A stretch of DNA of 64,000 nt from contig OZ244197.1 in NCBI GenBank assembly GCA_965216785.1, positions 2,752,001 through 2,816,000 of the forward strand, given 5' to 3'. Position numbers and translations under genes: made by a program. Source of the stretch: Thermodesulfobacteriota bacterium. Lineage in GTDB: Bacteria; Desulfobacterota_D; UBA1144; Nemesobacterales; UBA2774. Below, in pieces: positions 48,100 to 56,742 of the stretch (position 1 is its first letter; each line of letters starts with the position of its first letter). The notes beneath the pieces are model-generated. The model did not search any database. It was not told where the DNA came from and saw only the letters and a program-made list of their open reading frames with translations.

Positions 48100-48867
48100 A
48101 TGACAACGCTTGTGCACTCAAGTACCAGGAAAATGCTTGTTGTAGCCTTATTGATGGTTATGGGATACGCGCCCGTAAAAAGCCTCGCGCATGACGTAAC
48201 CCCGCACCCTGCGCCTTATAGCGGGAGCGATAAAGTATATCTGAACCAAATAGTCCCGATAATTACAGAGCTATCGGAAGTGGGTGAGGCTGTAAGCGCC
48301 TCGGCTGTAGGCCTACAGTCAAAGCCAAGCGAAGAGTGCGCGAACGAAAACGGTTTTTTCCAGGGGGTTGTTGGAGAGCTCAGAAATAACCTCGGCGCTA
48401 TAACACCGCCACAAAGGATGAAAGCCGTACACGTGAAAGCGCTTGACGGATTTACTGATTATATGACGGGGCTGAACCTTTATATCTCGGCATGCACGGA
48501 CAAAGAAACATCAATGCAAACAAAACTATTTGATCAGGGCACGCAGTATATCGTTAACGCGGACAGGACTATTCAAGCTGTAAACGACATGATCGCAAAC
48601 CCCGGACACATTCCCGCAAGACCAGCGGCCAGGGATCAGATTAAAGAATGGTGCGGGGCCAGATGGGCGGCAAATTACCAGATGCAGGAGCATTGCATAC
48701 AGGCACAGACACAGTCAAGGGAAGAGCTGGCGGGGATACTCGAGCGCAACCCGCGTGGGACCCCGGGACATGACGTGATACTCGACTGCACGGCGACTTG
48801 GACTGACCCGACAGGGGCATATAACTATAAGATGATAGTTTTCTGCGCCAAAAACAAGATCCAATGA
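48100..48867 (+). CDS. Exported hypothetical protein
   Basis: Signal peptide; GGAGGG SD; C-terminal duplicated C-x3-W...Y-x-M-x3-C motif. Confidence 0.65.
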   Translation: MTTLVHSSTRKMLVVALLMVMGYAPVKSLAHDVTPHPAPYSGSDKVYLNQIVPIITELSEVGEAVSASAVGLQSKPSEECANENGFFQGVVGELRNNLGAITPPQRMKAVHVKALDGFTDYMTGLNLYISACTDKETSMQTKLFDQGTQYIVNADRTIQAVNDMIANPGHIPARPAARDQIKEWCGARWAANYQMQEHCIQAQTQSREELAGILERNPRGTPGHDVILDCTATWTDPTGAYNYKMIVFCAKNKIQ

Positions 48868-48915
48868 GAGCACGCGTTGTTACTCTACGTAGAGTAAATT
48901 CCAGAGGAGATTAAC

Positions 48916-49275
48916 ATGCTTGAGTTAATACCGTTTAGGGAAGACAACATTATTGGTTTTCGGCTTAAAGGCAGCATCGAAGAGGATAGGTTTGACGAAG
49001 CGGTGGCGAAGATGGAGGAGATGCTTCAAAAGCACGATAAGCTAAGAGTCTACGCGGAGATAGAGGAGGTAGGCGGTATGAACGTGAATACGTTTATGAA
49101 GGATATCCATTTTAAACTCAAGCATTTTAACGATTTCGAGAAAGAGGCAGTGGTGTCCGACAAGGGGTGGATCCAAACGTGGATTAATATAGCCGACACC
49201 ATTTTCCCTCACATTGAGATCAAACACTTTTCTATGAGCGAGAAGGAAGAGGCTAAGGAGTGGCTTAAGGCATAG
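48916..49275 (+). CDS. SpoIIAA-like (STAS/SEC14) protein
   Basis: FEKEAVVSDKGW, IKHF...E.EEAKEWL pattern; GAGGAG SD. Confidence 0.85.
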   Translation: MLELIPFREDNIIGFRLKGSIEEDRFDEAVAKMEEMLQKHDKLRVYAEIEEVGGMNVNTFMKDIHFKLKHFNDFEKEAVVSDKGWIQTWINIADTIFPHIEIKHFSMSEKEEAKEWLKA

Positions 49276-49327
49276 CCATATTAATGCTATTGTTACAGGC
49301 AGTTAGACTTAACTATTCAAATACCAC

Positions 49328-49822
49328 ATGAGCTCTGAGATGATATATAGAAATATAGTAGCCGGGGAAGAGGTAGAGGTATGCAACCTTGTGGCGCGCT
49401 CGTTTAACGAGTTTATCGCTCCGGAGTTTTCTGAGGCGGGCATAGAGGAGTTTTACCGCTACGTGAACCCAAGGGCTCTCCACAGGAGGTGGCGGGCCGG
49501 ATATCACGTGATCGTGGCCGAAGACGAGGGTATGATCGTCGGGGTCGTGGAAGTTAAGAAGAGAAGGCACATTTCCATGTTATACGTTGAAAAGGCATAT
49601 CATAGAAAAGGTATAGCAAGTGAGCTTTTGAACAGGGCGCTTGATTATATTCTCTCAGCCGCACCTAAAACAAAGGAAGTAACTGTAAATTCCTCAAAGT
49701 ACGCAAGGGCTTTTTATGAAAGAGAAGGTTTTCGGAAAACAGAGGATGAGAAGGTGATACACGGCATACTCCACACTCCGATGACGCTTTTGCTGAACGG
49801 GAAAAAGGCGGTAAATTCTTGA
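49328..49822 (+). CDS. GNAT family N-acetyltransferase
   Basis: HISMLYV...HRKGIA..L, TVNSSKYA..FY...GF motifs. Confidence 0.88.
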   Translation: MSSEMIYRNIVAGEEVEVCNLVARSFNEFIAPEFSEAGIEEFYRYVNPRALHRRWRAGYHVIVAEDEGMIVGVVEVKKRRHISMLYVEKAYHRKGIASELLNRALDYILSAAPKTKEVTVNSSKYARAFYEREGFRKTEDEKVIHGILHTPMTLLLNGKKAVNS

Positions 49823-50541
49823 AAACCCCTCTCGATAAAAAATCAACACCGGATGAGATAAGGGACAGATTCGATAGCGACGTTGAGAGGTTCTCGGACC
49901 TTGGCACTGCGCAGGAAGCGGTGATCGACGCCCCGATAATGCTCGAGCTCATTTCAGATCTCGCAGCTGTGGTGAAACCAGGCGCGGAGAATATGCTCGA
50001 CATAGGCTGCGGCGCGGGGAATAACTCTATAATGATAGTTAGAGGCATACCGGGGCTAAATTGCGACCTGCTCGACCTGAGCCTGCCGATGCTTGAAAAA
50101 GCCCAAGAGCGTTTAAAAAATGAAAAAGCCGGAGAAGTAAAAACTTTCCAGGGGGATTTCAGAGACGTGCCCCTACCCCGCTCGCACTACGACCTGATTG
50201 TGGCCGCGGCGGTGCTGCACCACTTAAGAGACGACTCTGATTGGGAGTATTGCTTTAAGAAGATTTATGATCTGCTAAGACCGGGGGGAGCGCTCTTTGT
50301 AAGTGACCTAGTACACCACGAGCACGACGCCGTGCACGAGAGCATGTGGAAACGCTACGGGGAGTACCTTGCATTCCTGGGAGACTCGGGCTACAGAGAC
50401 AAGGTTTTTGGGTATATAGACGTAGAGGATTCGCCAAGGAGTATTACTTATCAATTGGAGCTGATGAGAAAAGTAGGGTTTACGAACGTGGACGTTCTTC
50501 ATAAAAATTCCTGTTTCGGCGCCTACGTGGGCGTTAAATAA
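49819..50541 (+). CDS. Class I SAM-dependent methyltransferase
   Basis: LDIGCGAGN, DLS.PML, AVLHHLR, LRPGG motifs. Confidence 0.88.
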   Translation: MKTPLDKKSTPDEIRDRFDSDVERFSDLGTAQEAVIDAPIMLELISDLAAVVKPGAENMLDIGCGAGNNSIMIVRGIPGLNCDLLDLSLPMLEKAQERLKNEKAGEVKTFQGDFRDVPLPRSHYDLIVAAAVLHHLRDDSDWEYCFKKIYDLLRPGGALFVSDLVHHEHDAVHESMWKRYGEYLAFLGDSGYRDKVFGYIDVEDSPRSITYQLELMRKVGFTNVDVLHKNSCFGAYVGVK

Positions 50542-50587
50542 CACATAAAGATAATAAGATGGAATAATAGCAGAAACACAAAAACTA

Positions 50588-50617
50588 TTGATTCGGACTC
50601 CCGGATCGTTCTATAAT
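50588..50617 (+). promoter_or_regulatory. Sigma70-type promoter of the microprotein gene
   Basis: TTGATT-N18-TATAAT. Confidence 0.6.
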
Positions 50618-50646
50618 ATGATTATATCCTTCAAAAGGAGACTATT

Positions 50647-50751
50647 ATGGGCGATCAATATGATAAACAGCAGGAGAGTATGGGAGCGTTTCTGTTTCTC
50701 TTAGCTTTAGTTTTGTTCGGAGTGCTTACTATTTATCTGTGGTTTAGCTAG
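50647..50751 (+). CDS. 34-aa single-pass membrane microprotein (not in ORF track)
   Basis: MGDQYDKQQESMGAFLFLLALVLFGVLTIYLWFS; AAGGAG SD 6 nt upstream; own promoter and terminator. Confidence 0.7.
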   Translation: MGDQYDKQQESMGAFLFLLALVLFGVLTIYLWFS

Positions 50752-50789
50752 AAACCATTAGTACTATCCAAAAATTTCTACTTCTAACA

Positions 50790-50813
50790 AAAAGGGGGCC
50801 GAGGCTCCCTTTT
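50790..50813 (+). terminator. Intrinsic terminator
   Basis: AAAAGGGGGCC-GA-GGCTCCCTTTT hairpin with A and T flanks. Confidence 0.75.
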
Positions 50814-50998
50814 CAGTATCGTTATTCTTGTTTTTGCAGTGGCAACAGATTCAAGTAATAACTGTACCAATTCAAAAAAACATTGTTTTTAGAATTAGGG
50901 GGGTTCATTTGGGAGATTACTGATTCTCTTTAAATCTATACCCCCAAAGGCTTTACTAGGCTCTTTGGGTTTATGTTATTGAGGGCTTTTATTAATTG

Positions 50999-51027
50999 TT
51001 GACATTGAACTCCCTTGAACCTAATTT
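50999..51027 (+). promoter_or_regulatory. Sigma70-type promoter of the MFS-deaminase operon
   Basis: TTGACA-N17-TAATTT; the spacer holds TTGAAC twice with a 10-nt period. Confidence 0.55.
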
Positions 51028-51067
51028 TAGATAAAGACTCTACTTAGTATTCAAGCACAATCTAAAA

Positions 51068-52309
51068 ATGGATAACCGGGATAATTCTAAAGGTATTTGG
51101 CGCGCGATTATAGTATGGGGTACAGGCGACCTGTACTTTATTCTGAGTGTAGTTACCGCAGTCTTGTTCGGTATATTGTCGCCTGAGCTACAGAAGCACC
51201 TAAATCTCACTACAGCTCAAGTGGGACTCCTCGGCTCTGTATTTTTCCTAAGTTATGGTTTGGCGCAGCTTGTAACTGGAAGCCTGATCGATTTATTGGG
51301 ACCCAGATTTACGCTGGCCGGATCGGCAGTAATTGCAGCGGCGGGTCTTCTCCTGCTTTCAGAAGCAGGTTCATTAGAAGTAGCATTGGCCGCTAAATTC
51401 CTCGTTGGCATAGGACTCTCAGCTTCCTACATCGGCGCGATTTATCTGGCAGGTACATGGTTTCCTTCAGAGAGGTTCCCACTCGTATCCGGCGTAACCG
51501 AAATGTCGGCAAATATATTTACAGCTGCCTTGGTGTTAGTAATGGCAATATCAGGGGGTTTTGTGAGCTATGGGCTTGTAATGAAAAGCTTGGGTCTAGT
51601 AATTTTAATACTAGGTGTTCTTATTTTCATAATTGTAAGGTCCGCACCGCGGACGAGCAGTGAAACGGAAAAGGCGAACCAGGAGAGAGGCTATCTCTCT
51701 GATGTACGCGCACTCGTGAGTATTCCTCAATTTTGGCTTGGAGCAATTTATTTTAGCGCCGCTTTCGCTGTCTACCTGGCATTTGCCGACCTATGGAATA
51801 TTCCCGATCAGCTGGCATATGGAAATTCACTTGAAACAGCCGCAATTATGAACGCTATGCTCCCTCTGGGCGGGGCATTCGGGGCTGTGCTGGCGGGATG
51901 GTTTTCCGATTACCTGGGCCGCCGTTCGATAGTGGCAAAATCTTATATGGGCGGGATGCTGATAGTCAGCGCTGTTATGATATACGGACCGACTTTACCG
52001 GTCTCGATCGCCTTTATGCTGCTTATAGTGCTAGGCTTCTTCTTTGGCGGCGCCGTGCTGGGCTTTCCGCTTGTGGAGCAGCATATACCGCCTGCACTTA
52101 AAGGAAGGGCTTTCGGACTCATGGCTATGATAGCTTATCTATTGAGCGCGCTCCTTCAGTACATAATGGGCGTACTTTTAGGATTGCAGCCTTCGCCCGG
52201 GACTCCGGCAGCTATACATGACTTCAAATTGGCATTAACGCCTTTAATTATAGTTCTCGTGATAGGTCTTATCTCAAGCCGCTGGCTCAAGGACCCTGAG
52301 AAGGTTTAA
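51068..52309 (+). CDS. MFS transporter
   Basis: About 12 transmembrane segments; G.LIDLLGPR and GWFSDYLGRR motif A copies; WFPSERF. Confidence 0.88.
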   Translation: MDNRDNSKGIWRAIIVWGTGDLYFILSVVTAVLFGILSPELQKHLNLTTAQVGLLGSVFFLSYGLAQLVTGSLIDLLGPRFTLAGSAVIAAAGLLLLSEAGSLEVALAAKFLVGIGLSASYIGAIYLAGTWFPSERFPLVSGVTEMSANIFTAALVLVMAISGGFVSYGLVMKSLGLVILILGVLIFIIVRSAPRTSSETEKANQERGYLSDVRALVSIPQFWLGAIYFSAAFAVYLAFADLWNIPDQLAYGNSLETAAIMNAMLPLGGAFGAVLAGWFSDYLGRRSIVAKSYMGGMLIVSAVMIYGPTLPVSIAFMLLIVLGFFFGGAVLGFPLVEQHIPPALKGRAFGLMAMIAYLLSALLQYIMGVLLGLQPSPGTPAAIHDFKLALTPLIIVLVIGLISSRWLKDPEKV

Positions 52310-52342
52310 ATAAATTTAAAGAAATGGAGGTTTGATATCTAA

Positions 52343-52936
52343 ATGGAAGAAATAAAGATTATAGACAGGTTGTTAGAGGTTACCGAAAAGGATATTGTTC
52401 CAATGACACAAACGGGTGTACGAGCAGGCAACAAAGTGTTCGGGGCTGCAATCCTGAGGAAAGACGATTTATCACTCGTTGTCGCATCGACCAATACCGA
52501 GACCGAAAACCCGCTATGGCACGGGGAAGTTCACACACTAAAGAAGCTTTACGAAATGCCGCGTGATCAAAGACCCGCGCCAAAGGACTGCATCTTCTTT
52601 GCGACGCACGAGCCCTGCCCTCTTTGTCTCTCCGCCATTACATGGGGAGGATATGATAATTTCTATTACCTTTTCAGCTACGTCGATTCCCGTGATTCTT
52701 TCAATATCCCCCATGACCTCCGAATATTAAAAGAGGTCTTCAAGTGTGACCACGGACAGTACGCCCATGAAAACCATTACTGGAAGAGCTACAGTATGAT
52801 GAATTTGATCAATGGCCTCGATGACGAAACCGCGCGTAAATTTCTTGGGCGTGTCGAGAATCTAAAGAAGGTATATGACGAAATGTCAGAGATTTACCAG
52901 CAGTCAAAGGGCACCGCAGACATCCCACTTAATTGA
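52343..52936 (+). CDS. Zinc-dependent nucleoside/nucleobase deaminase (cytidine deaminase fold)
   Basis: FGAAIL, HGE, EPCPLC motifs; GGAGG SD. Confidence 0.85.
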   Translation: MEEIKIIDRLLEVTEKDIVPMTQTGVRAGNKVFGAAILRKDDLSLVVASTNTETENPLWHGEVHTLKKLYEMPRDQRPAPKDCIFFATHEPCPLCLSAITWGGYDNFYYLFSYVDSRDSFNIPHDLRILKEVFKCDHGQYAHENHYWKSYSMMNLINGLDDETARKFLGRVENLKKVYDEMSEIYQQSKGTADIPLN

Positions 52937-53146
52937 GAAAAATGAGATTCCGACTACCCGGGCCCTAACAATATTTTCATTGTCCGGACGTATTATAGTA
53001 GCCCCGTGGCTATTCATTCAGCCCGACGTTCAGGTAATCATAAACCCTGACGGCAGGAGCGACAAAGATGACGCGCTCGTTATAGGGTTTGGTGTGGGAA
53101 CTGTTTTTAAAGCTTTTGCTTCCTTTACTCTTACCCAAACAAACCC

Positions 53147-53791
53147 CTACCTTAGCCTGAATGAGAAAGTGAAATTAAAGAGACCCGTAGCGTTGGCGCC
53201 GATAGCTGTCTGTGTTACCTCGCCACGGGCCCTACGGTATATTCCGCTTCCTCCCGTCACGGGTCTTTTAAAAGGAACGTTTAGATCAATGAGCTCCACA
53301 CCGTCGCTGATTAAAAGCCGGTCTCCGGGATTTTCTTCATCCAGGTTATATATCTGAGTTGTGGCTACGAAGGGACCGCTGGGGGTGAATATACCGCCCC
53401 TGGCGTCTTCACCGCCGTCACCTATAAACCACCCGCGGCAAATCCAGCGGCCTAGTACACTGTCAGGGAATTCGGGAGTACCGTCTGCAAAGAGCCCGCT
53501 ACCAGTATCTGAAAGCGTACCTTCGGGGTATATAACGCCCTGGACCACAAAGGATGCACCGTAGTACGGGTGAGGCCCCGGGTCTCCTTCCGGGTTATCA
53601 GGATTTGGACCCTGAGGCCCTTCGAACCTGATAGTGTTCGCGTCACAAGATACGTCTATATTAAGTCTGTTACGCTGGGCATTTGCTTGTGGTACGTTTA
53701 CGGCAGCAGCTGTGCCGATGCTAAGTGCGCCTAGCCCTAAGGTGCCGAGCTTGAGAAAACCACGTCTGGCAATCTTATCCAGAAATTCCAT
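53147..53791 (-). CDS. Tat-exported protein with dirigent/allene-oxide-cyclase-like beta-barrel
   Basis: Tat motif ARRGFLK with ANA cleavage site; PVTGGSGIYRRARG motif; AGGAGG SD before ATG 53791. Confidence 0.65.
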   Translation of the reverse strand: MEFLDKIARRGFLKLGTLGLGALSIGTAAAVNVPQANAQRNRLNIDVSCDANTIRFEGPQGPNPDNPEGDPGPHPYYGASFVVQGVIYPEGTLSDTGSGLFADGTPEFPDSVLGRWICRGWFIGDGGEDARGGIFTPSGPFVATTQIYNLDEENPGDRLLISDGVELIDLNVPFKRPVTGGSGIYRRARGEVTQTAIGANATGLFNFTFSFRLR

Positions 53792-53877
53792 GAAACACCT
53801 CCTGATTTTTTGCATCCGCCGCCATAAGGACGCGTGAGGGTAGCATGAGTGGAAAAGACGCCGAGGTATTACACTCT

Positions 53878-53982
53878 ACTTCGGCAGTCTGGCGGCCATA
53901 CTCCACTGATCTCTGTAGATCAAACAGAGGTTAAGCCCATGACTTTGCGTGCCATCCTTTCAGATGGGTTGCCCTTATCGGT
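53878..53982 (-). promoter_or_regulatory. c-di-GMP-I (GEMM-I) riboswitch
   Basis: Minus strand reads AGGGCAACCCATC-TGAAAG-GATGGCACGCAAAGTCATGGGCTTAA...GCCGCCAGACTGCCGAA. This matches GEMM-I features: GGCAA, GAAA-capped P2, ACGCAAAG, 3' GCCGA. Confidence 0.85.
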
Positions 53983-54187
53983 GTCGGACGTTTCAGCTCC
54001 AAGCGTAAAGGATAGATACTGCCGAATCAACAAAAATTTTCAGAATATTAGGCGCAATCTCTTACGTATGTATAAAATGAAGAATCCAATTCACATTTCC
54101 ATGATCTAAATATTCATAAACATTGAACCCAGATAAACAGAATATTTGATGTATGCCGATTTACCTACTAAAAATTTATAGAACGAG

Positions 54188-55036
54188 GTGTTGATAGTGA
54201 GATTTTTATTGATTGCGGCAATCGGCCTAATTTCGATATTTACGACTGCCCTAGCCTATGCTGATTCTAACGTCCAAAACGCTCAAGAGCTAAATGGAAA
54301 GCTGATCATTACGGGTTCAAGTACTGTGGCTCCTCTGGTCTCAGAGATAGCAAAGCGTTTTGAGGCCCAACATTCCGACGTTCGTATTGACGTCCAAATG
54401 GGAGGCTCTTCTAGGGGAATATCGGACGTAAGACAGAATATATCGGATATAGGCATGGTCTCCCGGGCTCTAAAAGAAAATGAAATGGATATTATGGCAT
54501 TCCCGATTGCGCTTGACGGGATAACTATGATAGTTCATGAATCTAACCCTGTGGACGAGCTGACGAATGGGCAAATAGTTGATATTTATACCGGGAAGAT
54601 CAGAAACTGGAACGAGGTTGGCGGGAATGACGCGCCGATAACCGTAGTCAGTAAAGCCGAGGGCCGCGGGACACTGGATTTATTTCTAAAGTACTTTCAG
54701 ATAAAAAACTCGGACATAAAGCCGCATGTAATTATCGGCGACAACGAGCAGGGAGTTAAAACGGTGTCAGCAAACAAGAACTCTATAGGTTTTGTTTCTG
54801 TAGGTACGGCGGAGTATGACGCCGGAATCGGGATACCGATAAAGCCCCTTCCGCTAAACGGTGTGGCGGCTTCCACCGAGAATATAAGGAGCGGTCAATT
54901 CCCCCTGAGCCGTAAGCTGAACCTTGTTACAAACGCCAATCCCGATGGGTTGACAGCGGTATTTATAGAGTTCGCAAACTCAAACGAAGTTGCCGATATT
55001 ATAGAGGATCAGTATTTTGTCACAACGCCTGAGTGA
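54188..55036 (+). CDS. pstS: Phosphate ABC transporter substrate-binding protein
   Basis: GSSTVAP, GGSSRG, DIGMVSR, IALDGI motifs; signal peptide. Confidence 0.88.
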   Translation: MLIVRFLLIAAIGLISIFTTALAYADSNVQNAQELNGKLIITGSSTVAPLVSEIAKRFEAQHSDVRIDVQMGGSSRGISDVRQNISDIGMVSRALKENEMDIMAFPIALDGITMIVHESNPVDELTNGQIVDIYTGKIRNWNEVGGNDAPITVVSKAEGRGTLDLFLKYFQIKNSDIKPHVIIGDNEQGVKTVSANKNSIGFVSVGTAEYDAGIGIPIKPLPLNGVAASTENIRSGQFPLSRKLNLVTNANPDGLTAVFIEFANSNEVADIIEDQYFVTTPE

Positions 55037-55871
55037 TGTCCTCTTAGTCTGGACGCTGAGAATCTGCGCGGTTTTGGCGGGCGTTATAGTCTTATTTATA
55101 GCTATATTCCTCGTTAAGGAGTCCCTTCCTGTTCTGAGTAGCGTTGGAATAGGCAGGTTCTTCACCGACTCTTCATGGCATCCCGCAGAGAATTTGTATA
55201 ACTTGACACCTATGCTCTTGGGTACGTTATTCGCTATGGCCGGCTCAGTGCTTATAGCAACCCCGCTTGGGATATTGTCGGCAATATTTGTGAATTACTA
55301 TGCGCCTCCGAGGGTAGCCCAGTCATTCCGGGGGGTTTTGGGGCTGCTTGCGGGGATCCCCTCAGTCGTCTACGGGTTTTGGGGACTCGTAGTACTGGTG
55401 CCTTTGATTGGTGAGCTCGAGCCTCCCGGACCGAGCCTTCTGGCCGGAATCCTGATACTGACAATTATGATACTTCCGACCATTGCTTTAGTCGCCGACT
55501 CAAGCATCGGCGGCGTACCGAAAGAATATATGACATCCGCAGCTTCATTGGGACTTTCAAGATGGACCGCAATAAGAAGAATAATCCTGCCCTCTGCCAA
55601 ATCCGGCCTGTTCACAGGAACAATACTTGAGACAGGGCGGGCAATCGGGGAGACAATGGCCGTGCTGATGGTGTGCGGGAACGTGGTGCAGATTCCGAAA
55701 AGCGTGTTTGAACCCGTGAGGACACTAACAGCGAACATCGCGCTTGAAATGGCTTATGCGCTGGGTGATCACCGATCGGCTCTTTTTGTGAGCGGACTAT
55801 TCCTGATGTTGATAATAGTGTGCTTGGTACTAGCTGCTGAGTGGATAAGCAGGGGGAGGATTTATGCGTGA
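55017..55871 (+). CDS. pstC: Phosphate ABC transporter permease
   Basis: LAGIPSVVYGFWG, GRAIGETMAVLMV.GN, RTLTANIA motifs. Confidence 0.92.
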   Translation: MSQRLSDVLLVWTLRICAVLAGVIVLFIAIFLVKESLPVLSSVGIGRFFTDSSWHPAENLYNLTPMLLGTLFAMAGSVLIATPLGILSAIFVNYYAPPRVAQSFRGVLGLLAGIPSVVYGFWGLVVLVPLIGELEPPGPSLLAGILILTIMILPTIALVADSSIGGVPKEYMTSAASLGLSRWTAIRRIILPSAKSGLFTGTILETGRAIGETMAVLMVCGNVVQIPKSVFEPVRTLTANIALEMAYALGDHRSALFVSGLFLMLIIVCLVLAAEWISRGRIYA

Positions 55872-56742
55872 CGCTTTGGAGCTGAAGGGAAACAGAACAA
55901 TAAATTCAAAACGGGAAAGATTGCCGAAACTGATAGTATGGTCTTCGGCCATATTGGTGAGCGCCGTATTTTTCTTGATATTGAGCAGCATAGTGCGGCA
56001 CGGTATAGGGCAAATTTCCTGGGAGTTTATCACCTCGGCACCCGAGAATGCCGGGCGAGCCGGGGGGATCGGCCCTATACTGATATCGACGGGGCTTATA
56101 CTAGCTGTCGCAATAGCGGCGGCGCTTCCGATCGGGCTTGGTACAGCCATATTACTCTCAGAATTTACACCGAGAGATAGCATATTCGGACGATTTGTGA
56201 GAAGGAGCCTTGATATTTTAGCCGGAGTGCCATCTATAGTATTCGGGCTATTCGGTTTTGTTTTTTTCTCGAACATACTGGGACTCGGCTTTTCCATATT
56301 ATCAGGGGGGCTGACCCTTGCATGTATGGTGCTGCCCATATTGATAAGGTCCACGGAAGAGGGTTTCAGGTCGGCGCCCGAGGAATACAGAATATCCGCG
56401 GCTTCAGTAGGGTTATCAAAAACCACGACCATATTCAGGATACTCCTTCCCGCAGCTGCGCCCGGGCTCACAGTGGGGCTGATACTGGGTACCGGAAGAG
56501 CGATAGCTGAAACGGCGGCGCTTCTTTATACAAGCGGTTATGTGGACAGAATGCCTACTTCGCTTCTCGATTCGGGAAGGGCGTTATCTATACACATTTT
56601 CGATCTATCGATGAATGTTGCAGGAGGAAACGAGAAAGCGTACGCATCGGCGCTCGTACTGGTAAGCATATTGGCGGTCATAAATATAGTTTCTTTCTAT
56701 ATATCACATAATTGGCTAAGAAGGAGAATAACAATAATATGA
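55864..56742 (+). CDS. pstA: Phosphate ABC transporter permease
   Basis: GGIGP, LAGVPSIVFGLFG, RAIAETAALLYT motifs. Confidence 0.92.
   Translation: MRDALELKGNRTINSKRERLPKLIVWSSAILVSAVFFLILSSIVRHGIGQISWEFITSAPENAGRAGGIGPILISTGLILAVAIAAALPIGLGTAILLSEFTPRDSIFGRFVRRSLDILAGVPSIVFGLFGFVFFSNILGLGFSILSGGLTLACMVLPILIRSTEEGFRSAPEEYRISAASVGLSKTTTIFRILLPAAAPGLTVGLILGTGRAIAETAALLYTSGYVDRMPTSLLDSGRALSIHIFDLSMNVAGGNEKAYASALVLVSILAVINIVSFYISHNWLRRRITII

Noticed and set aside
52875-53357. 160-aa + strand ORF
   Set aside because: Overlaps both the deaminase end and the antisense of the Tat protein; no motif.
53849-54109. 86-aa + strand ORF
   Set aside because: Antisense to the c-di-GMP riboswitch; no SD or motif.
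54085-54140. Possible Pho box upstream of pstS
   Set aside because: Only weak TTCAC/TTCAT half-sites; not close enough to a CTGTCAT-type 11-bp repeat to support a call.
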